Positions 19,635 to 29,322 of a stretch of DNA of 64,000 nucleotides are shown here, piece by piece (position 1 is the first letter of the stretch; the number at the start of each line of letters is the position of its first letter). A program made the translations under genes and the position numbers. The notes below the pieces were generated by a model. The model was not told the origin of the DNA and did not search any database. It saw nothing but the letters and a program-made list of their open reading frames with translations. The stretch is from Longimicrobiales bacterium (GTDB lineage Bacteria; Gemmatimonadota; Gemmatimonadetes; Longimicrobiales; Gaopeijiaceae): contig CBDFIQ010000002.1 in assembly GCA_965248195.1 (NCBI GenBank), positions 1,440,001-1,504,000 on the forward strand, in the 5' to 3' direction.

Positions 19635-20831
19635 ATGACCGAGCCGCGCGTCTGGAGCGTCACGCAAGTCAACCGAGCGGTGCGGGTCCTGCTCGAGGAC
19701 ACCATCGAGAGTCTCTGGATCAGCGGCGAAGTTGCCAATTGGACCCGTGCCCGGTCCGGGCATTGCTACTTCTCGCTCAAGGACGAACGAGCGCAACTCC
19801 GGTGCGTGATGTTCAAGGACGGGGCGGCGAGCCTTCCTGCCGATCCGGAAGAGGGCACGACCGTGAGGGCCCTCGGCGGGCTCACGCTGTACGAGGCCCG
19901 TGGGGAGTATCAACTCGTGGTTCGGCGCCTAGAGGCGGAGGGAGCCGAGGGGCTCTGGCGTCAGGCGTTCGAGCGGCTGCGTTCGAAGCTCGAGGCCGAG
20001 GGCCTGCTCGCTGCTGAGCGGAAGCGCGCGCTGCCGCGCTTTCCCGAGGCCGTTGGCGTCGTCACGTCGCTGGTGGGTGCGGCGCTCGCCGACATTTTGA
20101 CCGTCATCCGCCGCCGAGCCCCCTGGACGCGTGTGATCGTGAGAGGCGCGTGCGTGCAGGGCGAGGGCTCGGGCGAGGAGGTCGCCGAGGCGATTCGGGC
20201 TCTCGGAGGCAGTGGCCTGGTGGATGTGTTGATCGTCGGGCGGGGTGGGGGATCGCTCGAGGACCTTTGGGCGTTCAACGAAGAGGTGGTAGCTCGCGCG
20301 ATCGTCGCCTGCCCGGTCCCGGTGATCTCGGCCGTGGGGCACGAAGTCGACGTGACCATCTCCGATCTGGTGGCCGATGTCCGAGCTCCCACACCGTCTG
20401 CGGGGGCGGAAGCCGTGGTGAAGGACGGCGATGGGTTGGCCGATGCCCTGGGGATTTCCCGCAACCGAATGAGCGGGGCCCTACGAGCCATCGCCTCCCG
20501 CCGCCGGGAGGTGCTCGGCTTGCGTCTGAGTCAGCTCCGGCTTTCCGGCGTGGGCTTGGTACGGCCACGGCGCGAGGCGGTGGATCGGGCAGGAGACCGC
20601 ATGGAGTCGGCGATCCGGGGGTTGGCGACGCTCAAGAGAGCCCGCCTTACCGAAGTCGCCGGGAAGATGGATGTACTCTCACCACTGGCGACGCTTCGCC
20701 GCGGGTACGCCCTCCCTGAGGACGCGGACGGGAGGATCCTGCGGACCGTCGAAGCGTTCACGGAAGGCGATCGGTTCTCCCTCCGTGTCTGGGACGGGTC
20801 GGTGCCGTGTGAAGTACGGGGTGGATCGTGA
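19635..20831 (+). CDS. xseA: Exodeoxyribonuclease VII large subunit
   Basis: SGHCYFSLKD, RGGGSLEDLWAFNEE, SAVGHEVD, APTPS. Confidence 0.97.
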   Translation: MTEPRVWSVTQVNRAVRVLLEDTIESLWISGEVANWTRARSGHCYFSLKDERAQLRCVMFKDGAASLPADPEEGTTVRALGGLTLYEARGEYQLVVRRLEAEGAEGLWRQAFERLRSKLEAEGLLAAERKRALPRFPEAVGVVTSLVGAALADILTVIRRRAPWTRVIVRGACVQGEGSGEEVAEAIRALGGSGLVDVLIVGRGGGSLEDLWAFNEEVVARAIVACPVPVISAVGHEVDVTISDLVADVRAPTPSAGAEAVVKDGDGLADALGISRNRMSGALRAIASRRREVLGLRLSQLRLSGVGLVRPRREAVDRAGDRMESAIRGLATLKRARLTEVAGKMDVLSPLATLRRGYALPEDADGRILRTVEAFTEGDRFSLRVWDGSVPCEVRGGS

Positions 20832-21100
20832 CGACCAAGAAAGATGGGGAGCCTGACGCTTTGGGGGATGACAAGACCACTCCATCTCTGGAGGAGCGGC
20901 TGAAACGCCTCGAAGAGATCGTGCGATCCCTCGAGGCTGCCGACCTCGATATGGACGCAGCCCTCGGGTTGTTCGAGGAGGGCGTCGAGCACGTGCGCGG
21001 CGCCGAAGCGACGCTCCGTGTCGCCGAACTCAAGGTGGAGGAGCTCCTCGGCCCAGAGGAGGATCCCGTTATCCGGCCGCTGGAGGAAGATCCGGAGTGA
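20828..21100 (+). CDS. xseB: Exodeoxyribonuclease VII small subunit
   Basis: LEEIVRSLE...ALGLFEEG...AELKV; overlaps the xseA stop. Confidence 0.93.
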   Translation: MTTKKDGEPDALGDDKTTPSLEERLKRLEEIVRSLEAADLDMDAALGLFEEGVEHVRGAEATLRVAELKVEELLGPEEDPVIRPLEEDPE

Positions 21101-22011
21101 CCACCGGCCGTTCCGCCATCGACCTCGAAGCGCTTCTCCGCGACGAAAGGGTGGAGGTGGAGCGGGCGCTCGAACGTGCCTGCGAGTGGCTGAGCGACGA
21201 GCTCCCCGACGAGCTGTTCCAACCGGCCCGCCACGCGGTGCTCAGCGGGGGAAAACGCCTTCGCCCCGTCATGTGCGTGGTCGCGTACCGGGCATGCGGC
21301 GGGGGCACGGGGCCCGCGGTATACGATCTCGGCGCCGCGATCGAGTTGATTCACGCGTATTCACTCATGCACGACGACCTCCCCTGTATGGACGACGCTG
21401 CTCTTCGCAGAGGCCAGCCGACGCCGCACACGCTCTTCGGGGAGGAGGCCACGGCTCGAGCCGGGCTTGCGTTGATTCCGGCGGCCTCCCTCTGGGCTCT
21501 TCGAGCGTCGAACGCTTTGGGTGCGGACGACGCCGTTTCCCGGAGGATCGTGAGCCGGTTGAATCGGGCTGCGGGCGCGGGTGGGATGGTCGGTGGACAG
21601 GCGCTCGATCTGTTGGGCGAGGGGCGGCGTCTCGACTCGAACGAGCTCGATCGTCTTCACCGCATGAAGACGGGTGCTCTGCTTACCGCTTCCTTGGTGA
21701 TCGGCGGGATCGCCGCGGGCGCATCCGACACGACCCTCGCCGGGCTCGAGAGCTTCGGCCGTGGCATCGGACTTGCCTTTCAGGTGACTGACGACATTCT
21801 GGACGCGACCGAGGTTGCGGCAGACCTGGGAAAACACCCCAGCGACGACGTGCTCGACAAGAGCACCTACGTGTCGGTGTACGGCCTGGAGGAGGCGATG
21901 AAGAGGGCCCGGGTACACGCGGAGGAGGCGACGGAGGCGCTTCGAGGTGCGGGGGTCGACGCTCCGGCGTTGCGTGCGCTCGCCTCTTACGTAGTGGAGC
22001 GTAGGAAGTAG
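21097..22011 (+). CDS. ispA: Polyprenyl (farnesyl/geranylgeranyl) diphosphate synthase
   Basis: GGKRLRP, SLMHDDLPCMDD, RRGQPT, GMVGGQALD, KTGAL, FQVTDDILD. Confidence 0.93.
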   Translation: MTTGRSAIDLEALLRDERVEVERALERACEWLSDELPDELFQPARHAVLSGGKRLRPVMCVVAYRACGGGTGPAVYDLGAAIELIHAYSLMHDDLPCMDDAALRRGQPTPHTLFGEEATARAGLALIPAASLWALRASNALGADDAVSRRIVSRLNRAAGAGGMVGGQALDLLGEGRRLDSNELDRLHRMKTGALLTASLVIGGIAAGASDTTLAGLESFGRGIGLAFQVTDDILDATEVAADLGKHPSDDVLDKSTYVSVYGLEEAMKRARVHAEEATEALRGAGVDAPALRALASYVVERRK

Positions 22012-22097
22012 ACGAGATGGATTGGGGTCGGGCGTATGGGCGCGTTCGCTTCCAAGCTATCTTAGGGTCTGGTCAATAACGCAGTAGGAGTCGGCCT

Positions 22098-24011
22098 ATG
22101 TCGATCTTGGACCAAATAGACGGACCCGAGGACGTCCGAGGGCTCTCTCGGAAAGAGCTACACGAGTTGGTCGTGGCGTCCCGGGAACGCCACGTAGATG
22201 TGATCTCCAAGGTCGGCGGCCACTTCGGCGGCAGCCTCGGAGTGGTTGAACTCACCGTGGCGCTCCATTACACCTTTGAGACGCCACGCGACAAGCTCAT
22301 CTGGGACACCGGCCACCAGGGCTACATCCACAAGATCCTTACGGGCCGGAACGAACGGCTTTCGACGATCCGCAAGAAGGACGGGTTGGCGCCGTTCCTC
22401 CGGCGTGACGAGTCGGAATACGATCACTTCGGCGCCGGCCACGCGGCCACTTCGATCTCGGCGGCGCTCGGCACCGCGATCGCCCGCGACCTGAACGGCG
22501 ACGACTTCAGCGTGGTGGCCATCATCGGAGATGGGGCGATGGGATCCGGCCTGGCCTACGAGGCCCTCAACAACGCCGGACACACCGACCGGAACCTGAT
22601 CGTCGTCCTGAACGACAACGACCATTCGATTGCGCCCAACGTGGGGGCGATGAACAAGTATTTGACCGGCATGATGACGAACCCGGTCTACAACCGGATC
22701 CGAGAAGAGGTGAAGGACCTGCTCTCGAGGGGTCCGGGCGGCGAGAAGGGGATCATGAGGCGGGTTGTGAGCCGCACGGAAGAGAGTGTGAAGGGCCTCT
22801 TCGTTCCAGGGATGCTCTTCGAGGAGCTCGGGTTCCGCTACATCGGTCCGGTGGACGGGCACGATCTCGACTCACTGGTCGACACCCTGGCCAGGGTCCG
22901 CCGTCTCGACGGTCCGATCCTGGTCCACGTGATCACGCAGAAGGGCAAGGGCTTTTCCCTCGCGGAGGAGAACGCGTACAAGTGGCACGCGGCCGCCCCA
23001 TTCGACAAGATCAGTGGGGAAGCCAAAAAGGAGAGCGGAGGTCTGCCCCGGTACCAGAAGGTTTTCGGCAAGGGGCTCAAGGAGCTGGGTGAACTCGATT
23101 CCCGGGTCGTCGCCTTCACCGCGGGAATGCCGGACGGAACCAGCACCGACATCTTCGGCGACGCCTTCCCAGACCGGTTTTTCGACGTGGGTATCGCGGA
23201 GGGCCACGCCGTCACGGCGGCTGCCGGAATGGCGGCGGTCGGAGGGGTTCGGCCCCTCGTCTGCATCTACTCTACGTTCTTGCAGAGGGCCTTCGACAGC
23301 ATCGTCCACGATGTCGCGCTCCAGGATCTACCGGTCGTTTTTTGTATGGATCGAGCCGGACTCGCGGGCCCCGATGGGCCCACGCACCACGGTGCCTTCG
23401 ACATTCCGTATATGCTACTCGTGCCGGGTATGACAGTGACGGCCCCCAAGAACGGAGCCGAGATGATGGCGCTCGTGCGGCTGGGCATCCAACACGAAGA
23501 CGGCCCGTTCTCCGTGCGCTGGCCGCGAGACGCGGTGCCCGAGGCCGTCCCTCACGTGAGCGAGATTCCGGACGTGGAATACGGGACGTGGGAGATCCTT
23601 CGTCGGGGCTCCGACCTCGCTTTCCTCGCGACTGGAACGATGGTGGGCGCCGCCTCCGAGGCCGCCGAGGCACTGGCTTCCCGCGGCGTTCGGGCGGAAG
23701 TCGTCAACTGCCGTTTCCTGAAACCGTACGATCGCGACGTCCTGAGAGATGTGGCCGGGCGGCACCGGCGCGTGATCACGATCGAGGAAGGGGCCGTGGT
23801 CAACGGGTTCGGCGCCTACATGGTTCGGGAGCTGTCGGCACTCGCGTCGGAGCATACGATCGACGTGCGGTGTCTGGGGCTCCCCGACCGGTTCATCGAG
23901 CACGGCGCGCGCGATGTGCTCCTGCGCGATCTCGGGCTCGACGCGGAGGGAATCACCACGGAGGCCCGCAGGATGTTGGGGGACGTGGTGGCGGCGGCGG
24001 AGTCGGCGTGA
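22098..24011 (+). CDS. dxs: 1-deoxy-D-xylulose-5-phosphate synthase
   Basis: WDTGHQ, GDGA...EALNN, LNDN, FDVGIAE, IYSTFLQR, DGPTHHG. Confidence 0.97.
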   Translation: MSILDQIDGPEDVRGLSRKELHELVVASRERHVDVISKVGGHFGGSLGVVELTVALHYTFETPRDKLIWDTGHQGYIHKILTGRNERLSTIRKKDGLAPFLRRDESEYDHFGAGHAATSISAALGTAIARDLNGDDFSVVAIIGDGAMGSGLAYEALNNAGHTDRNLIVVLNDNDHSIAPNVGAMNKYLTGMMTNPVYNRIREEVKDLLSRGPGGEKGIMRRVVSRTEESVKGLFVPGMLFEELGFRYIGPVDGHDLDSLVDTLARVRRLDGPILVHVITQKGKGFSLAEENAYKWHAAAPFDKISGEAKKESGGLPRYQKVFGKGLKELGELDSRVVAFTAGMPDGTSTDIFGDAFPDRFFDVGIAEGHAVTAAAGMAAVGGVRPLVCIYSTFLQRAFDSIVHDVALQDLPVVFCMDRAGLAGPDGPTHHGAFDIPYMLLVPGMTVTAPKNGAEMMALVRLGIQHEDGPFSVRWPRDAVPEAVPHVSEIPDVEYGTWEILRRGSDLAFLATGTMVGAASEAAEALASRGVRAEVVNCRFLKPYDRDVLRDVAGRHRRVITIEEGAVVNGFGAYMVRELSALASEHTIDVRCLGLPDRFIEHGARDVLLRDLGLDAEGITTEARRMLGDVVAAAESA

Positions 24012-25003
24012 ACCCACGGCCCGCAGCGACCGATGGCGGCGCGGGGATCGTAAAAGGGGACGGCCCGCGGCGTATTGGCGTCATGGGACGCCCACAGCAC
24101 GAGGATGTGCCCGGGTGCGTCGAGCGGTTGGCCAGCTTTGCCCGCGAGCACCAGATCGAGATCTCCTTCGAGGAGCACCTCACTCTGGGAGTGCCTGACG
24201 GCGCCAAGCCCTTGGACCTCAATGCAGACCCGATTGATCTTCTGATCGCGTTGGGCGGGGACGGCACGCTGCTCCGGGCGGGTCGCTCCGTCGCAGGGCG
24301 AGACATCCCTGTTCTCGGCGTGAACCTCGGGCACCTCGGGTTCCTCACCGCTCTTCCGCAGGCGGAGCTCGAGGAGCATCTGGCGTTGGTGTTGAAGGGC
24401 GACTACGTGCTCGATCGCCGATACACCCTGGAGGCATGCATCGTCCATGACGACGGTTCGCAGGGGGAGCCGCTCCGGGCGTGGAACGACTTCGTGATTC
24501 ACAAGCGGGGGGTCGCTCGTGTGACCCGGCTGGACCTACGGATCCAAGAGGGCGCGGCGGGCAGCAAGAACGGAGCGGACGGAGGGAATGGTGGGGACGG
24601 TAAGGACAGGGTGGACGGAGACTGGCAGGACATGGGCAGCTTCTCGGCGGACGGACTGATCGTGGCCACGCCGACGGGGTCGACCGCGTATTCGCTGTCG
24701 GCGGGCGGACCTATCGTCGTGCCTTCGGTCGACTGCTTGATCGTCACGCCCATCTGTCCGCACACGCTGGCTATGCGACCGCTGGTGATTCCGGCGAGCC
24801 AGCGGGTTGCCGTGAGTCCGATCGAACGCACAAAGGACCTGGTGGTCACGGCGGACGGGCAGGTCGCGCACGAATTCGAGACCGGTGCGGAAATCCGAAT
24901 CGGGCGTTCCGAAATCGAAATCCCGCTAGTCCGGTTTGCCGGGCAGAACTTTTTCGGAACGCTGCAGCGCAAGCTCAACTGGGCGGCTCGGCCCTCCGGT
25001 TAG
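24008..25003 (+). CDS. nadK: NAD kinase
   Basis: GGDGT, NLGHLGFL, DGLIVATPTGSTAYSLSAGGP; GTG start overlapping the dxs stop. Confidence 0.95.
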   Translation: MNPRPAATDGGAGIVKGDGPRRIGVMGRPQHEDVPGCVERLASFAREHQIEISFEEHLTLGVPDGAKPLDLNADPIDLLIALGGDGTLLRAGRSVAGRDIPVLGVNLGHLGFLTALPQAELEEHLALVLKGDYVLDRRYTLEACIVHDDGSQGEPLRAWNDFVIHKRGVARVTRLDLRIQEGAAGSKNGADGGNGGDGKDRVDGDWQDMGSFSADGLIVATPTGSTAYSLSAGGPIVVPSVDCLIVTPICPHTLAMRPLVIPASQRVAVSPIERTKDLVVTADGQVAHEFETGAEIRIGRSEIEIPLVRFAGQNFFGTLQRKLNWAARPSG

Positions 25004-25010
25004 CTTCAGC

Positions 25011-26675
25011 ATGCTCATCGAACTCCGCATTCGGGACTACGCAGTCATCCATGATCTGACCCTTGAACTGGGATCCGGGCTGAGCGCTCTTTCCGGCGAG
25101 ACCGGGGCGGGGAAATCGATCATCGTCGGCGCTCTCTCTCTTCTTTTGGGCGAGCGAGCGTCCAGTGACAGGGTACGGGCCGGCGCGGAGCGGGCGGTGG
25201 TCGAGGCGGTCTTCGATGTGTCAGATCATGTGAAGCTCAGGGCTCACCTGAACGATTTGGGGATCGAGGCCGAGGATGGCTTGTTGATCCTTCGGCGAGA
25301 GGTGGCCGCGGCGGGCCGGAACCGCTCCTGGATCAATGAGTCCCCCACCACGGCCCGGACGGTGGGAGAGCTGGGACGCTTCCTCGTGGATCTGCACGGG
25401 CAGCACGAGCACCAGACCCTCCTGAGGAAGGACACGCAGCGCAGCATCCTGGACGCTTTCGGCGAAGCGGAACGAGAGGCGACTGCAGTGGGGAAGGAGT
25501 TCGAGGGCCTTTCCCGGCAGGAAGCTCGGTTGAAGGAACTTCGGGAGCACCGCCGCGAGCTCGCGAGCCAGGTCGACTTCCTTCGCTTTCAAATCAGCGA
25601 GCTGGATGAGGCGAACGTACAACCCGGTGAGGATGAGGCGCTCGCGGACGAGAGTCGGCGCCTCGAGAACTCCGAGGAGCTTCTCGGCGAGGCCACGAGG
25701 GTCCATGGTGAGCTGTACTCGACGGAGGGTGCGATCACCGAAAAGATTTCCGCTCTGACCCAGACCCTCGCGCGCCTAAAGGATTGGGATTCCTCGCTGG
25801 AGGGACCCCACGAGGAGCTCCAGGAGGCGTATCACGCGCTGGCGGAGGTCGGCCGCGACCTCGGCAACTATGTCGGCACCGTCCGCCATGATCCCGGGCG
25901 GCTCGAGGAAGTCCGTTCGCGGCTCGACCTGATCCACTCGCTCAAGAGGAAGTACGGCCCGACGTCAGAGGACGTCATTGCTGCGCGCGACCGCGTTCGC
26001 GCGGAGCTGAACGAGCTCGAGGACGGGCGCTGGGACGAGGATACACTCGCCGCCGATGTCGAACGCACGCGAGACAGCCTAGTCTCCGCTGCGGCCAGCC
26101 TGAGCAAAAAAAGGCGGGAGGCTGCAACCCGGCTCGAGAAGAAGGTCGAGGCGCTGCTGCCCGGCCTGGGCCTACCGGCGGGGACCTTCGAGGTCCAGAT
26201 GGAGACTCTCCCCGAGGTGGGATCCCATGGAGCCGAGAACGTCGAGTTCCTCGTCTCGCTCAATGCGGGCTTTCCTCCCACCGCGCTCGCAAGGGTGGCC
26301 AGTGGCGGTGAGATGTCGAGGGTCATGCTGGCCTTGAAGGCGATTCTGGCGCAGGTCGATCAGGTACCGACGATGGTCTTCGACGAGATCGATGCCGGCA
26401 TCGGGGGGCAGGTGGCGTCATTGGTTGCGGCCAAGCTGAAGGACGTGGCCCGTTACCATCAGGTATTCGTCGTTACCCATCTTCCGCAGCTCGCCTCTCG
26501 AGCGCACAGGCATTTGCTCGTGGAGAAAAGTGAGGGAAAGGGACTGGCCGCGACGGATGTGAAGGGACTCACGGGCGACGCCCGGGTGCGGGAGATCGCA
26601 CGGATGCTGGGAGGGGATCCCGATTCCGAGACCTCGCGGGACCACGCCAGGGAGCTGCTAGGGGCGGTCGACTAG
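25011..26675 (+). CDS. recN: DNA repair protein RecN
   Basis: GETGAGKS, HGQHEHQ, ASGGEMSR, FDEIDAG, VTHLPQ. Confidence 0.97.
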   Translation: MLIELRIRDYAVIHDLTLELGSGLSALSGETGAGKSIIVGALSLLLGERASSDRVRAGAERAVVEAVFDVSDHVKLRAHLNDLGIEAEDGLLILRREVAAAGRNRSWINESPTTARTVGELGRFLVDLHGQHEHQTLLRKDTQRSILDAFGEAEREATAVGKEFEGLSRQEARLKELREHRRELASQVDFLRFQISELDEANVQPGEDEALADESRRLENSEELLGEATRVHGELYSTEGAITEKISALTQTLARLKDWDSSLEGPHEELQEAYHALAEVGRDLGNYVGTVRHDPGRLEEVRSRLDLIHSLKRKYGPTSEDVIAARDRVRAELNELEDGRWDEDTLAADVERTRDSLVSAAASLSKKRREAATRLEKKVEALLPGLGLPAGTFEVQMETLPEVGSHGAENVEFLVSLNAGFPPTALARVASGGEMSRVMLALKAILAQVDQVPTMVFDEIDAGIGGQVASLVAAKLKDVARYHQVFVVTHLPQLASRAHRHLLVEKSEGKGLAATDVKGLTGDARVREIARMLGGDPDSETSRDHARELLGAVD

Positions 26676-26705
26676 TGTCCTGACACTAGCTGTCCTGACA
26701 CTAGC
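26676..26705. repeat. 15-bp tandem repeat x2 between convergent stops
   Basis: tgtcctgacactagc tgtcctgacactagc, preceded by partial actag. Confidence 0.85.
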
Positions 26706-28251
26706 TTTGGCCCCAGAGGCCTCGATAGAAGCGGAGCCCGACCTCGACACGCCATGTCTGGGGGGTCGAGCCACCGCTTCCCGATACCGCCTGCTGAACG
26801 AGGAAGCGGGCCTCCATCGGGCGGCCCTGCCCGCTTCGCACCCTAGAGAAGACCAGGCCACCGCCGATTCCGAGGAAGCGCTCCTCGGTCTCGGTCTCGA
26901 GAAGGCCGGGATCGGGTCCCGCCGCAGCGTCGACATAGCGGTAGCGATCTGCCTTCTTCGAGAAGTACCGCAGATCGAACGTGAGGGAGACCTCTTCCGT
27001 CAAGAACACCCGCGGGGATACACGAAGCTGCATGTAATCACCCGGGTTCCAACGGACCACCTGTTGGGCCGAGAGAGGGGCGAAAATCCGGTCGGGAGCC
27101 GTGATTCGCCTGAGGACGTCGACCGATTGCTGGATCCCGTACCGAAGATCGCCCAGGATAGCGAGGCGTTTTCCAGCGCTCAGCGTTGCGAACACGCTCA
27201 GCTCGATGTCGTTCTGGCCGTCTCCGCTCCCAGTGTCGATAAAGTTGAGCGGGGAGTCCGTCCGGCCCGTGCCAAGCCGGAAGAGCACACCCGCGCCGAT
27301 CTCGAGGCGGATGGTGGGCTCCGGCCCGTTTAGAGGAGTCTCTTGGCCGATCCCCCAGAGGCGGGCATAGGCATGGACCTCCACGTCGCCCATCTCCCAG
27401 GGGCTCCTCCACGTCTTGAGCGAATCGCCTGCCACGCCGAACGCGGGCGCCGTCACCAGGTCCAGGTACGTCGCTTCGGTCAGCACGTCGGTGGCCAACG
27501 GGATGGCGGAGGGAAAGGATGAAACGCCGACCGCCTGATAGGCGTTCACAAGGGTTGTCACACGGGCCTCGAGCGCACCTCCCGTATCGGAGCCCGTGAG
27601 CGGGAACACGCCCTTGCGGTACCCTCGCCTCAGGGCGTCGTGGAAACCTTCGCCATCAGCCAGAAGGTTCGTGGCTTGGGAGCACTCCGGACTCGACGGG
27701 TTCGATGTACATAACGTCGTGGCTATTGTCGAGAGAGCGGCGTTGGCTGCCGAAACGGCCCCGATGAAGTCGCCAGCCATTTCAGGCGTGAGGCCTATGT
27801 TGGCTCCGTCACTCTGGAAGGAGGTCGCGAACTCGGCGCGGCGTCGCGAGAACGGAACCGTTGCTCCAACGCTGAGCCAGTCGAAAACGCCCACGTCCAG
27901 ACCGATCGGGAGCCAGACCGCGTCCTTTGTCAGAACGGCCTGAGTCTGGCCGAGTACCAGCTGCGTGATGGCGGCGCCCGTGGCGGTTGTCAGGTCGGCC
28001 TCCAGATCTTCGAGAGTCGGGAACAGGCGTGAGCCTACCGCTGCGTCCGCGAAGTCGAACCCGAGCGCTTCGTCCTCCTCGATGAGTGAGCCGCCCTCCA
28101 CGCGCTGGCCAAAACGCTGATCCGCGAAATGGAAGAGTGAATTGATCTCGAGCCGGAGCTGGCCGGCCGCGACGAGTGGTCCCGAAAATTCCTGCCCTCC
28201 TAGGCCCAGAGGCGTGAGGATCGACGCGAGAACTACGAAGGTCACCTTCAT
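26701..28251 (-). CDS. Secreted hypothetical protein, probable outer-membrane beta-barrel
   Basis: Signal-peptide-like N-terminus (MKVTFVVLASILTPLGLGG), alternating amphipathic strands, terminal VEVGLRFY. Confidence 0.7.
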   Translation of the reverse strand: MKVTFVVLASILTPLGLGGQEFSGPLVAAGQLRLEINSLFHFADQRFGQRVEGGSLIEEDEALGFDFADAAVGSRLFPTLEDLEADLTTATGAAITQLVLGQTQAVLTKDAVWLPIGLDVGVFDWLSVGATVPFSRRRAEFATSFQSDGANIGLTPEMAGDFIGAVSAANAALSTIATTLCTSNPSSPECSQATNLLADGEGFHDALRRGYRKGVFPLTGSDTGGALEARVTTLVNAYQAVGVSSFPSAIPLATDVLTEATYLDLVTAPAFGVAGDSLKTWRSPWEMGDVEVHAYARLWGIGQETPLNGPEPTIRLEIGAGVLFRLGTGRTDSPLNFIDTGSGDGQNDIELSVFATLSAGKRLAILGDLRYGIQQSVDVLRRITAPDRIFAPLSAQQVVRWNPGDYMQLRVSPRVFLTEEVSLTFDLRYFSKKADRYRYVDAAAGPDPGLLETETEERFLGIGGGLVFSRVRSGQGRPMEARFLVQQAVSGSGGSTPQTWRVEVGLRFYRGLWGQS

Positions 28252-28350
28252 TCGACGCGCGATTCCCCTCGGCATTAGGTGCTTCTCCGCCCCAGGCCAG
28301 GACGGAGGTGGTGGCCGGGGAACATAATGGGGAAAAGAAGCCGTGGGAAC

Positions 28351-28378
28351 TTGACATTTCATGGGCCGTTTCTAGGTT
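28351..28378 (+). promoter_or_regulatory. Candidate sigma70 promoter of the tRNA pair
   Basis: TTGACA-16 bp-TAGGTT, about 75 bp before tRNA-Gly. Confidence 0.55.
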
Positions 28379-28453
28379 TCAGCGCACAATTGAAGAGTGT
28401 TTCGGAAACGTTTTGTGTAGGTTTGGGTAAGGATCCGAGACACCTTTTTTCCT

Positions 28454-28526
<73 letters not shown>

Positions 28527-28577
28527 TTGAGGGGGGGTGGGCCCGTCACTCAAGACGTGCAGCCCCTCTTTTTTTCA

Positions 28578-28649
28578 GGCGCCGTAGCCAAGCGGTAAGG
28601 CAGAGGCCTGCAAAGCCTTTATTCCCCGGTTCGAATCCGGGCGGCGCCT
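28578..28649 (+). tRNA. tRNA-Cys(GCA), CCA not encoded
   Basis: ggcgccg/cggcgcc acceptor stem, anticodon loop ctGCAaa, GGTTCGAATCC T-arm. Confidence 0.96.
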
Positions 28650-28675
28650 CTTCTGGATGGAGTCCCTCATGTTGC

Positions 28676-28695
28676 CGCCGCCCGGATTTGAACCG
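28676..28695 (-). repeat. Inverted copy of the tRNA-Cys 3' segment
   Basis: cgccgcccggatttgaaccg matches the reverse complement of 28627-28646 at 19 of 20 positions. Confidence 0.85.
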
Positions 28696-28846
28696 TCGGT
28701 TCGAGCCGAGGCGGAAATGTGTTGTCCGCGGTGCGGCCCACAAGCTGACCGCCGAGCCGAGCGAGGATCGCCGAAGGCGACCGCAGCTCAATCCGGGCGG
28801 CGTGTCTTGGCCCGTCCTCACGACCCGCGCCCGATTGGAACTGCCT

Positions 28847-29050
28847 TCAAGCCGACGGCGGAAGAAGGCTCTCCGTAATCAGGTGCTCCCTGCTCATCTG
28901 CGTGTACGCCATCGTGGTCCGCAGGTCTGAGTGGCCCACAGCCTCCTCAACCAACACCGCGCTCTTACCCTCCCCCAACCATGTAGTGATGCGGCGGTGT
29001 CGGAGGTCGTGTTGAGTGTACCCTACTGGAAGCTCGGGTGCCTCGGGTCC
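28847..29050 (-). pseudogene. C-terminal remnant of a tyrosine recombinase/integrase, absent from the ORF track
   Basis: Manual translation ...QHDLRHRRITTWLGEGKSAVLVEEAVGHSDLRTTMAYTQ...*, the HxLRH...GH...TT..Y box II; no start codon, in-frame stop upstream. Confidence 0.88.
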
Positions 29051-29054
29051 TCAG

Positions 29055-29293
29055 TTCGGGTCATGCGGCCGCGTGCCGCCTCCTTGCCGGCTCCCTCGAA
29101 TACCGCCAAAGTGACCGTATCCTGGTGAACGTCCATACCGATGAAGATCAATGACTCTGACTTGGACATTGGGCCGGCTCTCCTATTGGCTGCGACCTTC
29201 CGTGTCGCATGTGGCTCTGGTGTGTGAACCCAACCGGTCCGCACCAACCCATGGTACGCCGATTAAGCTGAGCCAGCCCTTTCATAACTTCTG
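29055..29293 (-). mobile_element. Truncated IS110-family element: left non-coding end plus about 35 N-terminal codons
   Basis: ATG 29169 after AGGAG gives MSKSESLIFIGMDVHQDTVTLAV, the first Asp motif of the IS110 DEDD domain; left boundary approximate. Confidence 0.7.
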
Positions 29294-29322
29294 AAGCCCC
29301 AATTCCCTGGCTTCGCGTCTTC

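Noticed and set aside
23342..24007. N-terminal extension of NadK; similar extensions on pheS, the YbbA-like gene, the receiver gene and SpeE-like 1 and 3
   Set aside because: They overlap upstream genes or lack motifs, and downstream starts with RBS or stop-start coupling fit better
28529..28575. Terminator between tRNA-Gly and tRNA-Cys
   Set aside because: gagggg/cccctc plus T-run is present, but the loop is large; more likely a processing spacer and not supportable as a terminator
28931..29128. Plus-strand 65-aa ORF
   Set aside because: Antisense shadow of the integrase and IS110 remnants
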